64,000 nt of DNA, from contig NC_045697.1 of NCBI RefSeq assembly GCF_009834535.1, forward strand, positions 4,776,001 to 4,840,000, read 5' to 3'. The position numbers and the translations under genes were made by a program. The notes under the pieces were generated by a model. The model saw only the letters and a program-made list of their open reading frames with translations. It was not told where the DNA came from and did not search any database. Shown here piece after piece: positions 1 through 13,910 of the stretch. Source of the stretch: Camelus ferus (lineage: Eukaryota). Numbering within the stretch: the first letter of the stretch is position 1; each line of letters opens with the position of its first letter.

Positions 1-906
1 ACTCCCACTGAACTGTTACAAGTCCTCTCCATCCGAATGCTCAGAAACATCCCTTCCCAGCCAGGCGGGTGAGCCAAGAAGGCTGCAGTTCAATGAAGCC
101 CCTCCTTCCGGGGGCCACCTGCAGGGCCAGTACCATGCGCAGGGTTCTGAGCTCACTCTTTCCCCAGCCCTGAGCTGGGCTGTGCACGGTTCATCTTACC
201 CAGGACCCCTTGGACTCACGCAAGTTCACAGCCGAGAGGCCTGAGGACCAACACACACACCTGATGGGTAGTTTCTTGAGCACTTACTGCATGCTGAGCC
301 CTGCTCTGGCCTAGATAGTGTGGGGATAGACAGTGTGGGCTGCAAGATCAGGTGGCATGTCAAACCCAGCTCCATCACGCACATGCTGTGTGACCTCGGG
401 CAAGTCACTCAGCATCTCTGTGTCTTGTTATTTTCTTTGTAACATGAGGGCAATATTAGCCTCTACTTTACAACCTTAACAACCTAGGGCTGTTAAGAGA
501 AATGAATTCACTGACTGATTAAGACTTATTCATCACTGCGCCTGTCCCAGGCTCCCACTGGGCAGTAAAACAGTGGTGACCAAGACAGACCTGGTCCTCG
601 TGTTCATGAGATAATGAATCCCTGTAAAGTGCTCAACACTGCCCTGAACACCAAAGGCACTTAACCAGAGCTAGCGGCTGCTGTGTGATGCCCGGGGCAC
701 ATCAGTGATAAAGGAGGCCCCATGACTTCTCTCCCCAAGGCTCAGGCCTGGCTCCCTAGCCCCGAGGCTGGCAACACCACACAATCAGCGTCAGCTCTGA
801 CACTGGGTCTCTGGGTGTCCGTGGCTGAGTCCTTAACTCTCTGGGCCTCCATGTCCTTTGTTGACAATGACACAGCCGAGCGGTCTCCATCCCACCCCCA
901 CCTCAC

Positions 907-1139
907 CTCTCGCAGGTCAGCGCCTCGGGGAAGCTGCTCGCCTGGAAGAAGGTGCGGCCGAGGAACCTGTCGTCGCTGGTGGCTGAGTGGATGCTGGACG
1001 AGGAGCTGCAGTCGTCCTTCTCGGCCTGGCTCAGGCTCCCCAGGCTGCTGGAAGGGGACGCCTCCACCAGCTGGTTTGGCAAGACTGCCTGCTTTAAGTT
1101 TTCGTGCAGAGATGGGTTGGAGGAACCGTCGGCCAGAGG
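907..1139 (-). CDS. EVC: EVC coding exon 4 (gene continues beyond left edge)
   Basis: Acceptor CTTCTGCCACCCCAG|CCT, donor AG|GTGAGG; 233 nt, ends in phase 2. Encodes [77 protein letters not shown]. Confidence 0.96.
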
Positions 1140-3339
1140 CTGGGGTGGCAGAAGAGAAAGCCCGTTCTCAGTCCACGTGACCTGTCATGCGTGTGTTTCC
1201 ACAATTCCACCAGTGACACGTGATGGTGGCTCCCAGGCAGACAAGACTGGGGAGGCCTGCGAGTGGACACCTTAGAGCTTCTGTCCCAGGGTCACGGCCA
1301 CACCCACACACTTGTGCCCCAGGGACCTGTACCACAGCTCCTGGCACATCACTTGTCCCGGAGGCCAGCCCCTCGGCACCAGGCTCCTCCCCCGCAGCAA
1401 CTAGCCTCCGTGTCTTCCCCAGTGGCCCCCTGCACCCACACTGCTGCGGGCTCTGACCTCCTCCACAGCAGCCTGCCTGCCCTGCCCCCTCTCTCTCTGT
1501 GTTCTCAGACCCCCGGGCCTGCTCTGCCCACTAACCTGCCCTCCAGAGGATCGGGGCCTTTATTAAGGAACTGAAGCCCCACGCACCGCCAGGACCACAT
1601 GACATCACAGCTGGAGGGCTCAGCGAATGTCTGTCGCCCCTGTGTCCAGTCTCATCCCCTGTGGCTCCCCGAGGCGCATGCCCAGGTGGTACCGAGCTGG
1701 TGGTCAGCTCCAAACTCTCACCATCCTTCCATGCTTCTGCGCTTTCCCAGACTCTGGTCCCCCGCCAGAACCCCCCTCACTCCTCATCTGCGGGGCTGAA
1801 GCATCCTTCCCTCCAGACACAGACCTTTGAGTTCTCCTTCCCTGGTACCCAGGCCCAGCCCACACTGTGCTCCACAGGTCCCCGGTCACTTCTGTCCTGC
1901 CTGTTATCATGGGCCATCCTGCAATCTGCCCCAGCTGTGAGGGCCTCCGGCGTGAGGACAGTGCTTTCCTGACCACTGGCTAATCCTCAGTGTTCACTGC
2001 AGAGCCTGCCCGGCAGGGGTGCTGACGGTGAGTAATCCCCTGGTCTGGGAGCTCTACCCCTTCACCCACCCACCCGATAGTGAAGGAAGTGGTTCCCAGC
2101 GTGTGTTCTGGGGAGCAGTTCCATGAACTGTCACCAGTGACTGCTCGCTGCAAGGGTTCCACAGAAAAATTAGTTTGGGAAAGTCTCCGTAACAAAGTAG
2201 AATCATCTCTCTGGGGCAGGAATTCTCAGAGCCTTTGATATGGTCTGGCTGTCCTCAAAAGCAAGTAAGAATTTCAAAACCTGAACAGGCATTGAGTGCT
2301 GAGACATCACACACTGTTCTAAGCCCCCTGTCTATCACCCCATATAACCCTCCAAATAGCTCGGTGAGGCAATAGGGCCCTTTACCCCCATTTTATAGAT
2401 GAAGAAACTGAGGCCCTGAGAAGTCAAGGAATGGTCAAGGGTTAAAGGCTGAGATGGGAGTTGGGTCTGAGTCTGTGACACAAGAGCCTGTCCTCTTCAC
2501 GGCCGGGAGAGCAGGCAGCACCTTCCTCAGCTTACTTGACCAGGAAACTTTCTTTCCTGGAGCATCTCATAGGTTGCGGGTTCCCTGAGCATCAAGGAAC
2601 ACACCGCTCTCTGCAAAACTCCCGGCCGCAGGTGTGCGCTCCTGGCTTCAGGTGTAAGACCTGAGGGCTTGACTCTGCCCTGCCCCTTCCAGCTGTGTGG
2701 CCTTGGGCAGGTCATTAGCTTCTCTGGGCCTCAGTGGCCTTATGCATTAAGTGGAGATAACAATATCGTTTACCACAGAGGGTTGTGGCGAGGAATATCG
2801 AAATGCCAGTGCGAGACGAGCGCTCAGCACCGCCCCAGCCCCGCGAAGTGTTCAGTGTCAGCTGCTGGCATAGTCCCGGCCGGTGAATGAGGGTTAATGT
2901 TGGGAACTTGTGTCAGCATCAGTATTTGTAATAGCGTTAAAAGAGCAGGGCATAAAACGTACATACATATATAAATATATGAATCTATATATAATAATTG
3001 GGTCACTATGCTGTGCACCAGAAACACCGCATTGTAAATCAACTATACTTAAAAAAAAAAGAGCAGGGCAGATGTTGCCCTACTGTGCTGTCAACTGGTG
3101 TCCCTGGGGATACCTGGCTATACCATGGGCATACCCTGTCCCTGACAACGCTGTCATCAAATGGATTAACCTTAAAGTTCTGCTCCATTACAAAGCCACA
3201 AAATGATCCTATTAAAATGACTTGCCATAAAGTCCTCAAATAGAACCCCAGATTTACACACTGAAACCCTCTTCTCCTACCCCGACCTCAAGCACATTAC
3301 TGGATAACTGGATCTCAAGACAGAGCTCAGGAGTCTCAC

Positions 3340-3423
3340 CCGGAACTTCTGATTGATGGGATAGACGACTTTTGCCTTCAGTGCAAACGCTGTGATATTG
3401 CTGTTGAAAGACGGGTCACATTC
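3340..3423 (-). CDS. EVC: EVC coding exon 3
   Basis: Acceptor TTCTTCCTTCCCAG|GAA, donor CGG|GTGAGA; 84 nt. Encodes [28 protein letters not shown], a conserved EVC segment. Not covered in this frame by the supplied ORF track. Confidence 0.96.
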
Positions 3424-3583
3424 CTGGGAAGGAAGAAGAACAAATGGCATGGGGGAGCTTTCTGTAAAATGAAGGACAAACCACCAAGAGTTTCCAAAAT
3501 GCTACATGCCACTTGCAACAGTGGCTTTGGGAAGGGACCGTAATAGGCATATTTAGATCCAAGTAAGTGCTCACTTGCTAGAA

Positions 3584-3905
3584 GGATGGGTGGATGGAAA
3601 CTCGGGTGGATGGATAGATGGATGGGTGGGTGGGTGAGTGGACGGATGGATGGATGGATGGATGGATAGATGGATAGAGAAATGGAAAAACAGGTGAATG
3701 GATGAATGGATGGATAGGTGGACATATGAATGGATGGGCAGGTGGATGGATGGATGGACAGAAAAAAATGCATGAATGGATGGACTGATAAGACATATGA
3801 ATGGACAGATAGACAGGCAGGTGGATGGATAGGTGGACAGACAGGTATATGAATGGATGCAGGAGGGAGGGATATACAGATGGGTGGATGGATGAATGAA
3901 CAGAT
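3584..3905. repeat. Degenerate (GGAT/TGGA)n tetranucleotide repeat
   Basis: Runs such as GGATGGATGGATAGATGG; produces spurious IHPS-rich ORFs. Confidence 0.92.
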
Positions 3906-6900
3906 GTTAAATAGCACATTCTCCACTTAATTCCAAGTCTTCCACTTTGGGAGAACTAAGGATTTAAATAATATAATACCAAAAAATTTCCTAAAATTGT
4001 GAACTGCCTTCTGGTGGAATAAGAAAACACAGAATAATTTTAGCACTCCCAGGTGTACAAACACATCCATGTGGCAATATTCATGCAAGACTTTCTATTA
4101 CACCCTTCAATGAAAAGAAGTGGTTGGGCAGATCGTTTCACTTTTCTGAGCCTCAGTTTCCCAGAGAGTAAGCAGGCAGTGTACCCGCCCTCAAAGATGG
4201 TGCAGATAAAGCCCCCGCAGAGGTGCCAGAGCAGAGGAGAAGCAAGGCAATGGACGGCTCTAAGTCGCGGGAGGAAAGAGCCACCCCAAACCGTGCTCAG
4301 GCGCCACCTCCCCTGGCCACAGCGGGACGGATGGTCCACATCCCCACCTCCTCTCTGCATCCTTAGGGCTGCCCCTGCCCTTCACACGGTCGGTACAAAC
4401 AACCAGGAAGTGGATGCAGGTGAGCAGGCAGACGGGTCAGGAGCCTGGCACCCTAGACCGTGAGGAATCACTGCTCAGCGACTCAGAACAGACTGCCAGG
4501 TGAAAACCACACCTACGTCAGGTCTGCTGCTCCCAGTGAAATCCTAAAGAAACCGCTGTCACAAAGGCCCGGTTTCTGACTGCTGAGCAGACCTTGGACT
4601 CACACAGCCTGTTGGGGGGATGCGGGAGAATGTGTCACTCCCCCACGAGATGCGGTGTTCAAACAGCACCTGAGCCTGCAACGTGGCCCACCTCCCTCTC
4701 CTGAGGGGGTTTCGCTGTGATCCCTCTGAGGAGGGCGGGCGGAAGCCATCTGGCCAGGGACCCAGTTCTGCCATTTCTCTCTCTGTCTTACGACTTAGAA
4801 TGCGGGAAGACCACCAACTTACGCTACCTCCTTAAACTTCCAAGGACCTTGCCATTCCCAGCTGGGGAAGATGACACAGAGAGGTTCAGCCATGCGCCCA
4901 AGGTCACACAGCTACTAAATGCCAGAATCAAGATTTGAACTCAGATTCCCCGGCTCCGGAGTTCCTCCTGTTTAGCTGACACCATTCTGTCTCCTTCAAC
5001 ACGACACAAATAAGAACAAGAATAAGAGCCACGCGATTAAAAGGGGAGTGGGAGTCAGTGGAGAAGGCCCGGGCTCGGCTCCACCATGCCCCAGGGACAC
5101 AAGTCAGACCCCGAGATGCTCTGCCACTCCCACTCCCCACCTGCCACGTCCCATCAACCACAAATCCCACCAACTTCACCTCCTAAATATCTCTCAAATT
5201 CACAGCCCTGGCCCAAGCCGCCAGCATATTTACCCTAAAGACCTGCGACAGCCTCCTAACTGGCTCCCCTTCCATGTCTCGAGGGCCTACTATGTGTTAA
5301 GCGCTTTACGCACGGTTGTTCATTAAATGATCCCACAGCAGTCCGCTTGGGGAAGTTCACGCTTTTATGATCGTGCCCATTTGATAGAAAGACAAAGCGA
5401 GGCTCAGAGATGGACACCTTCCAATCCATTCTCCAGGTGGCAGTCAAATCACCTTTTCAACACACAATTCCCATCGCATCCTGGCTTCAAAGCCCTCCTG
5501 GCAGACCACCGCCTGCGCCTGGCCCCCGGCTTGAGTCTTTGCCAGAGGACAGTTATAAAAACGCAGCGTGGCTGTGAGATTAAAAAGGGTGACTTCAGAA
5601 CTGGTGGTGTCCTCTTTGGGGCCCAGTGCAACATGAAAGCGGTCGGGGAGGTCTTACGCAAAAGTGATTCAGAACTTCAAGACATCAAGGTCAAGAAACT
5701 AGGGGGAAAGGGTGACCGGGCAAGGGAGACACCCCGATGAAGCCAGCCCCGGCTGGTGTCCAGTGAAGACATACTTTTTCAAGGAAAGACGCAAAAGCAG
5801 GGAGGACATTGTGCATTTCTAAACTTCTTCCAAACAGAGGTGAAAAGAAAGGACAGAATGAAAGGGGTAGAAAGTGAGAGGAAGGCTTGGTCTCTGCCTT
5901 CATCTTCAAAAGTTGGAGAGTTCATCTTCAAAAGGGAAGACGCCAAACCAACATCGCTCTTCAGGTGACAAACGAAATACATGAAGAAAAGGACACTGAC
6001 GCAGGCCCCCCTGAGCCGTAAGGAAGCAGACACTGAGGGTCGGGAGCCTGGCCTCTTTGTAGTTTTCACAGCTCTTCTAACTAAATTCGGTGTCCTCCAC
6101 GTTCTGATCATCCAACCATAGTAATAACAATTATTCAGCAAATTGGCTGCAGTGCACATTTACAATGTAAAGCTTCCTCAGCTGAAGCAATGCCATCACT
6201 CAGAAAAATTAGTTAAAATGTAATTGGAGGAAGAGAAAAGCCGTTTCACCCACGGACAAAAGGTGCTCTTTTCAGCCAATGCACACACACACCCTTAGGG
6301 GAGCTATGCCCGCCCCCTCCAAAGCCAAGGGATGGGAGGAGGCTGTGGAGTAGCATGCCTCAGAGCCTTCTGGAATCTGCTGTTTGGTTTTGGCCGACGT
6401 GAGCTGTTTATCAACAGAGTTCATGCAAGGAGCGGCATGAACCCCAAATGCCTTGGTTTTCTGTGCATCCGAGGACATCGGGGTTACAGTACAACTCAGC
6501 CTGTCGAGATCGACCCTGCCCACATTCTTTGACAAGCTCGCACTGCAGAAGGCAGGGGCGTTTTGGCGAGCCAGTCACCGGAACGGGCAGATCTGTAACT
6601 TAACTCTTGGCAATTATTAGCTTGATAATGGGCATGGGTGAGGCACAGCTAAATAGTTAACAGGTAAAGCATGCAGAAGAAATGGGTTAGCCTTCCGGGG
6701 AGGCAGAGAGACTTGTCTCTCCCACAAACAAGGGCCCTGAGCACTCACCCTATGGTATAAATGTTCGCAGAGTTGATTCATGGGTGATCCCAGGGAATGG
6801 CAATCATTACTGTCATCATCAAGCTGAGAACCCTGAGGCTCAGAGAGGCTGTGTTTCTTGCCCACCATCACACAGCAAACAGACAGAGCTGGCCCTGGGT

Positions 6901-6969
6901 TCCAGGATTCTGGATCCGAAAACAGTGTTGTTTCCATCCTCTCTGAGGCTACCAGCTGTCTGAGCAGGG

Positions 6970-7450
6970 CTTTTAAGAATAGCTTTATTGAGATGGAATT
7001 CACGGAGCATGCAATTGAACCATGTAAATTGTACCATTTAATAATTTTTAGTATATTCACAGATATGTTGACTTTAGAATATTTTTATCATCTCAATAAG
7101 AAACCCCAAAACCTTTAGCTATCACCCCTAGTCCCCCTGTTCCCATCCCCAGCCTGAGCAACCACCAATCCACTTCCTGTCTCTGAAAGTGTACCTGTTC
7201 TGGACATTTCTGATGAATAGATCCTGTAACATGTGGTCTTTTGAGACAGGTTCTTCCAGTGAGTGTACAATTTTCAAGGTTCATTCATGCTGTTTTTATG
7301 GCTGAATAGTATTCCACGGTATGGACAGACCATTCTGTTTATTCCATCAGCTGGTGGACATTTGAGTCTCTGCGTTTTGGCTATTGTGAAATGGGCTGTC
7401 GTGAACATCTGTGTACACATTTTTATGTGGACATATGTTTTCATTTCTGT
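6970..7450 (-). mobile_element. Old L1 (L1MB-like) 3' fragment (others near 22380-22900, 24245-24740, 8730-9100, 44760-45300)
   Basis: AGCTTTATTGAGAT...TTTTTATGGCTGAATAGTATTCCA...TTTTGGCTATTGTGAA...GTTTTCATTTCT. Confidence 0.78.
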
Positions 7451-9209
7451 GAGCAGGGTTTTAATAAGATGTCATGATGGGAACAGAAAGCTTGAGGCCA
7501 AGTCTGAGTAACAGAGGAACGAATGCCCGATTCGGGCTGGAGCGACGCTGCCCCGGACTCCCCTCCTGGGCCTCCAGGAGCTGCCCTCAGTTTCCTTTCA
7601 TAAAGGAGAGCGGTTTCCCCAGTCTCCCCTCTAATAAACTGATTTCTCATGGGAAAAAAAACCCTCAAAACTGTCACTGTCAGACAGGTATACACAGGCC
7701 CACAGAGATGCATGCGGAGAGAGACACCAAAAAAGATAGGCTCACAGAGAGATGCACTGATACACCCACACAGACGTGGACACACGGGAGAGACAAGCAC
7801 CTAGAAACAGAGAGTCCAGGAGTAAGGGCCAGAGACACAGAGCACAGACGAAGTGCCGACTCATCTCCGGGAAGCCACCACTCTGGACTGCCGGGCACTC
7901 TCGCTTCCTTGCCAGCTCCCCACGTCGGCCCCGGGGAGGGCGGCCAGTCCCTCCACGGGGACCTGCCCAGTGTGGGCAAGGGAAGCCCTGTCTCCAGAAT
8001 CCTTGCGAAGCAGCAGCAGCAGATGACTGTCGAAAATGATTTTTCAGATCGCTAGAAGCTTCCCTTACTGATTTCAAACTTCCTTGTGAAATTCGTTTTA
8101 AAACACCCAGCCCACTTTCCGCCCGTGGTAAGCAGAGGCTGCAGACCAGGACTGAAATGTCAGAGGCGGTAGGCGGTGGGGAGGGCTGCCCTCCCGGGCA
8201 GGGGCTGACTGGACCCAGGTCCAAATCTCAGCCACGGGACTCGGGACAGTGACTGAGCTCCCTGAGTCTTGGCTTCCTCATCTGGACAATGGGTGTATAA
8301 GCCAGGCCATGGGGTGCTGAGAGGACTGCATGAAAACAACTCACGTGCGTGTTCACATCACTTAAAAATGACACACGTGAAAATGCCTGGAATTCAGCAG
8401 GTGCTAAACAAGAAACTTAGCTCAATCTTTCCCCTTTTCCCAGCATCTCTCTCCCTCTTTCTCTCTACCTACCTACCTAGATACCTGTATTCACCTTTGG
8501 ACAATTGAGGCAGACTGACGGTTGTCTGTGATACTTTCAGGGGCCAGGAAGTGACCGGGAATAACACATCTCTGGAGGAAACCCCTCCTCACCCATGGAG
8601 CTCACACAGGAGGTGACGCCCTAGGAACCGGCTCAGGCTGGACAGAGCAGAGGGGACCATAAGGAAGGTACAGGGGCCAGCTACCTTTTAATATCGCCTT
8701 CAGAGGCCCAGAAGTCCCATTCTAGATTTTAACTTAAAAGAAATAAAACAAAGAATGAAACAAACTTATACACAAACGTTCCCAGAAACCCCACACTGTG
8801 TGCACATTCCCACAGTGGATGGAGCGAGTCAAAGAATCACTGATGAGTGAAACAAGGACACGGACAAGCAGGCACAAGGAAGCATATGCTGGCATTTACA
8901 GAAGCTTTGAGAAGAGCAAAACCAGTCTTGGAGATGGAAATCACAACAGCGGCTGCCTGTGGAAGGGGCGCTAGAGAACTTTCCAGAGTTAGGAACATTC
9001 CTGATTGGGGTCTTGGTTACAAAGGTGGAAACATTTCTCATTCATCAAACTGTCCACTTCAAATCCGTGCATTTTATTACATGTAAATTACACCCCCAAA
9101 AGAAGCCTGTTGGGACATGAGATGCCAGTGGGTTGTCTGGACGCCATGCAGGTAGGACACAGGGACACCCAATAGGAACCTCCTCCAACACCCCCGACAC
9201 CCAGCTTAC

Positions 9210-9335
9210 ATCCAGAGCCTCCTCGTCCTTGGACGTCGGCACTTCTCTCTTCCTCCTCTGGGATGGGGAGCCAGTTTCCGACGGGGTCTGTACGTTAGAC
9301 TCCAAATTCTTGAGTAGGCTCTGAGTGTCGTCTTT
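9210..9335 (-). CDS. EVC: EVC coding exon 2
   Basis: Acceptor TTTAG|AAAGAC, donor GAT|GTAAGC; 126 nt, phase 0/0. Encodes [42 protein letters not shown], matching EVC. Confidence 0.96.
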
Positions 9336-9824
9336 CTAAAATCCAAAGGCGGGGCAGGATGGGAGAGCACATTGAATCGTCAACATGGGGTCATTGCAAC
9401 TTTAGCCATCAGCCCCCACCCCCAACAGTCATGTCTGCTCATCTCCAGGCCAGTGCCTGGACCTCTCTGTGCAGTGCTCCCATGCCCACCTGTGGTCAGC
9501 TACATCCTTCAAGACTGTCCAGGTGTCCCCTTCCTGAGAAACCCCCCAAAGCCCCATCTCAGTGTGTCCTCAGGGCCTGGGGGCAATACTTGGAACGAAG
9601 CTCATTCCATTGTTCTTCTGAGTTGGTGCCCGAATCTACCCCCCACCCCCGCCACCCCTGGAAGCCTGTGAGCGCCTTCTGGGGCGGGGACAGGGTAACA
9701 GCTCAACATGGAGAATGACCCAAACATATTAATACTCTTGTTATTTCCAATAATGGCATTGCATGATTTTTAAGAAAATACTTTAGGTAACCTTGAACTA
9801 TAGGATGGTCTCTAGGGTGAACTA

Positions 9825-10446
9825 TAGTCGATCCTCATTATTTGTGGACTCTGTATTGGCAAGTTTGCCTACCTGCTATAACTTTTGGCCACCCCCAAAT
9901 CAGCACTTGTGAGCTGCTGTGGTCATTCCTGGACATGAGCAGAACTGTCAAAACTTTGAGTTGCCCAACATGCGATTTCCAGCTGAGTTTGAACAAGGCA
10001 ATGCTCTGGTTCTGCCTTCTTGTTTTCAGCCCATCCTGCAAGCAAGCGTCCTTTCCAAGTTCGATTTAGTGCCATTCCTTTTTCACATCTCTGTGCTTTT
10101 TGTGGATGATTTTGTTGTTTAAAATGACCCCTGAAGTGTGCTGAAGTGCTGTCTAGTGTTTCTAAGCACAAGAAGGCTGCAATGTGCTTTATGGAGAAAA
10201 TGCATGTGTTAACTGGCTCTGTTTGGGCGTGTGTTACAGTGCTGCTGGCATGAGTTCAAGGTTAATGAATCAACAATACGTTAAATAAGGTGTCTTTCAA
10301 CAGAAATACATATAAAACAAGGTTACGTATTGATGGATTAACGAAAAGGTTATGACCATAATCTTATAGAAGCCCCACCCTGCGTCTCCCACAGGAGCAA
10401 TGCTTCCGTATCTGTTCTGTAAAATCACTTGCAGAATTATCAACTG
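9825..10446 (+). mobile_element. MER82-like TcMar-Tigger non-autonomous DNA transposon
   Basis: Ends TA|TAGTCGATCCTCATTATT ... ATCAACTG|TA, i.e. imperfect terminal inverted repeats with TA target duplication. Interior matches recalled MER82 (GCTGAAGTGCTGTCTAGTG...CAAGAAGGCTG). Confidence 0.8.
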
Positions 10447-11149
10447 TATTTAAAATCCTATTATGCCAGAGACACTTCTCAAACCTCTCCTTGGCCACTG
10501 GCTGCTTCTGGGTATGAAGAAATATCACCAGTTTGTCACTCTGTTAAGCAGCAACTGCCACAGAGCATCTATTCAGTGCCAAGCGTTATTCTATTGCTGG
10601 GAATAGAGTAATGAACAAAATGAGTAAAGCCCCTGCCTTCAGGGATTTTACATTCTAGAGACAGAAGACAGGCATAAGCAAACAAAGAAATAAATATATA
10701 GTATGTCAGAGGCGGTAAGTGCTGGTACTATAGGGAAAACTAACAGAAGATGGGGGAATGGAGAGTGATGCGAGGGGAGGGCCTCTTGGACAAGGCGGCA
10801 TTTGAAAAAAAAAAAACTTGAAGGAAGTGAGAAAGCAAGTAAGCCATTCAGGTATCTCAGGAACAAGCATTCCAGGGCAAGGGCACAGCAGGTGCAAAGG
10901 CCCTGAGGCAGGGGCATGCTTGGCACGTCCAGGGAAGTCCATGTGGCTGGAGCCGTCTGGGGTGAGGTAGACAGGGTTAGATGATGAAGCCAGAGATTTA
11001 AGGGTTGTTTGTTTGGTGGTTGTAGCTGACCAGTCCAAGGCGTCTGCAGGGAAGAACTCAGTCACATCACCCTACAGTAAAGACTCCAGGAGAAAAACCT
11101 CATTCACCTTGTGGGGGAGAATCAGGTTTCTGCTCCCCAGTTAAAAAGG

Positions 11150-12900
11150 ACCAGGAGGTCAAGGGTCACCAGCCATTTGAGGACAGACTCCAATATGAAA
11201 GACAAACCCCAAAACAAACAAAAGGAAAAAGCAAGCAGGAAATAGACACTGCATGGACCCCCAATGTGTCCAAGAAAACTGAAAACGAACAAAAGTAATG
11301 TCCTCAGAGAGATAAGAAGAGATACCACATTCACAAAATAAGAACAGGATAGTGTAAACATAGAATGTTCTGAGGACAAATAAGAACTCTTGAAAATTAA
11401 AAATGTGAAAAACTCATTACAAGTATAAAGTTGAGAAAAGTCTCCCAGGAAACAGTGTAAAAATGTAAGGAGATGGAAAACAAGCAGAAAGAAAACTTCA
11501 GAGGCCCAACTCAGCCAAAAACTGATAGGAGTTCCTGAAAGAAGCAACAGAACATTTAAAAGGAAAAGAGTCATCAAAGAATCAAGAAAATGAGTTTCTA
11601 GAACAAAAACAGAATGCACAGTACAATGGACAGCATTCGACTACCACCAAGACCCACCCTGGTACACTTCACATACTGGGAGCAAAGCCAGAGTCTTTTA
11701 AGATTCTACAGAGGAGCAAAAGAAAAAAAAAAAGATTCCATGCAAAGTATTAAGGATCAAAACACAACCCAATTTCTTAACATCAACAATGGAAGCTCTA
11801 AGATAGTGAAAAATGTTCAAAATTCTGCAGAAAGATTATTTTCAACCTGGAGAATTAAGTATAAAGACAGAAGAACATAGATATTTTCAGACACAGAAAT
11901 TCTCAAAAGAACTTCTATTCATCTTTTTCTCAGAAAGCTACTAGAGGATGTGCTGCAGCTGAATAAGGAAATTACCCAAGAAAGACAGTGGAGGGGATCC
12001 TGAAAGAGGGTCCATCCCAGGAGAGAGGTGCAGAAGTTTCCACCCAGTGGCCCTGAGAAGTCCCAGTGGTGGCAGCAAAAGCCTACAGCGGCTGCTTCTC
12101 GAAATTCAGGAACAGAAAGGTCACGGGAGAGCTTGTTAAACTCAGCTTGCTGGACTCACCTCCAGAGATTCTCATCGGTGAGTCTGGGGTGGGGCCCAAG
12201 AACTAGTATTTCTAACAAGTTCCCAGGGGATGCTGATGCTGCAGGTCTGGTCCACACTGAGTGCAGCAATGGTCTAGACGCAACCCAGCTGAGATGGGAG
12301 AGGTCAGAAGCTTTTTGGAAGAGAAGTTTTTCTAAAAGATAAAACTGATCAAATACCTAATGTCTTAAGAGGAGATGTAGACGAATAGGGGAGAGTTTAT
12401 TGTGAAATGAACAGTAAGTATATAGAATCTAAGGAAATGAAAAAACTGGGTAATTATTAATTTCAGAGAAAACAAAATATTGTGCAAAAAAAAGAAAGTA
12501 ACCATAATTACAGCTAATCCTTGACTTCCAGTGAATTAAGTTTACAAAATTGGAATAATGAAAACACCAAATACTGATTTAACCAAAATTACCCTATAAC
12601 CACACAGGGAGGTGGAGGTTGCAGTGGTGGACAGTGGGAGGGGGATATAAATATGAAGGAGGGGAGAAAAGAAAGCAAAATCACTCCCCACTTCCATAGT
12701 GGGAAGTCAAGCAGCCATGTAAACAAGTTATTCAGAAATGGAAAGTAAATGACCAAAATAGCCAGCTGAACAAGAATTGAACAAGGTGGCTTCGCAGAAG
12801 TGGGAAATGGGTGGGGTGAACATTTTAAATTACATGCATGTGTCACTTTGATGTCAAAAAAACGTTTCAATGATGAAATAAAGAAAACTAATAAAATAAA
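11150..12900 (+). mobile_element. Ancient L1-ORF1-like element (probably HAL1), interrupted by MER5A
   Basis: A-rich degenerate ORF1-like sequence (ATAGGAGTTCCTGAAAGAAG, CTCAGAAAGCTACTAGAGGATGTGCT) with no recognisable ORF2 following. Boundaries approximate. Confidence 0.55.
12087..12277. mobile_element. MER5A-like hAT-Charlie MITE (similar copies near 29000-29150, 48430-48590, 49600-49760)
   Basis: GTCTGGGGTGGGGCCCAAGAA...TTTCTAACAAGTTCCCAGGGGATGCTGATGCTGC is typical of MER5A. Confidence 0.78.
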
Positions 12901-13516
12901 ACAAAAACCGCAAAAGGAAAGTGGTCCAAGATAGAATTGGGAGCTGGGTGACTTGGACCAGAGGAGGACAGAGTGTCCAGGACCCATGAGAGAGGAAGTG
13001 CTTGATCTAGCCTGAGGGTTGGGACACTTTCCTACGTGGATTTCTCTCTGGGTCCTGAAGGATGAGCGGGACGAGAGGACAAGAGGACGAGAAAGGTTTC
13101 GGCTGGCAGAGAACAGATGAGCACAAGTGCAGAGGCATCTGGGGACCAAGGGGACTCTGGGTGGCTGGATGCCCCGGGGACGGTAAGCCACCTGATGCAC
13201 CATGCTGGGAAAACGGACATGAGCTTGAGTGGGCAACCAGGAGCCAGTGGAGCTTTTTAACCAGGACAGTCATATTGTTGGATGTACATTTTGTAAATGG
13301 AGACTAGAGGCAGGAGATGAAATAAAGGAGGATACGTAGGAAAAAAGAGTTGCCAAGGTCACATCCACACCATCAGAAAATCCCACCAGCCCCACCCTTG
13401 AGCCAGAGACCCCCCTCATGGCTACAAGCCTAGTCTGAGCCACCACCACCTTCAGCTGGACTAGTGTAGCTGTTACGGACCAGCTGTGCAAACCCAGGCA
13501 GCTTGTGAGCCTCTGG

Positions 13517-13910
13517 GCTACCACTAAAGTCTGAATGTTTGTGTCCCGCTGTCCCCACCCCACCCCACCCCGGCTGGCTTCTTATGTTGAAATCCTAATC
13601 CTCGACGCAATGGTATTGGGAGGTGGAGTCTCTGGAAGGTGATCAGGTCGTGAGGGTGAGGTCCTCATGAATGGGATTACTGCCCTGATAGAAGAGGCCC
13701 CTGCAATCTCCACTGCCCCTTCTGACTTGCGAAGACACAGAGAGAAGTCAGCTTTCTGCAACCTGGAAGAGGACTTTCGCCAGAGCCCAGCATGCTGGCA
13801 CCCTGACCTTGGACTTCCAGCTCCCAGAACTGTGAGAAATAAGTTTCTGCTGTTCAAAATCTACCTAGTTTATGGTATTTTTATTATCACAGCCTGAACA
13901 GACTAAGACA
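13517..13910 (+). mobile_element. MaLR solo LTR (MLT1A-like)
   Basis: CTGAATGTTTGTGTCCC...TATGTTGAAATCCTAA...GGACTTCCAGCTCCCAGAACTGTGAGAAATAA...GACTAAGACA. Confidence 0.85.

Noticed and set aside
3378..3926. IHPS-repeat ORFs
   Set aside because: Translations of the (GGAT)n repeat; the real exon 3 is in another frame.
7474..8055. 193-aa ORF antisense in EVC intron 2
   Set aside because: Low-complexity GA/CA-rich sequence with no recognisable domain or splice structure.
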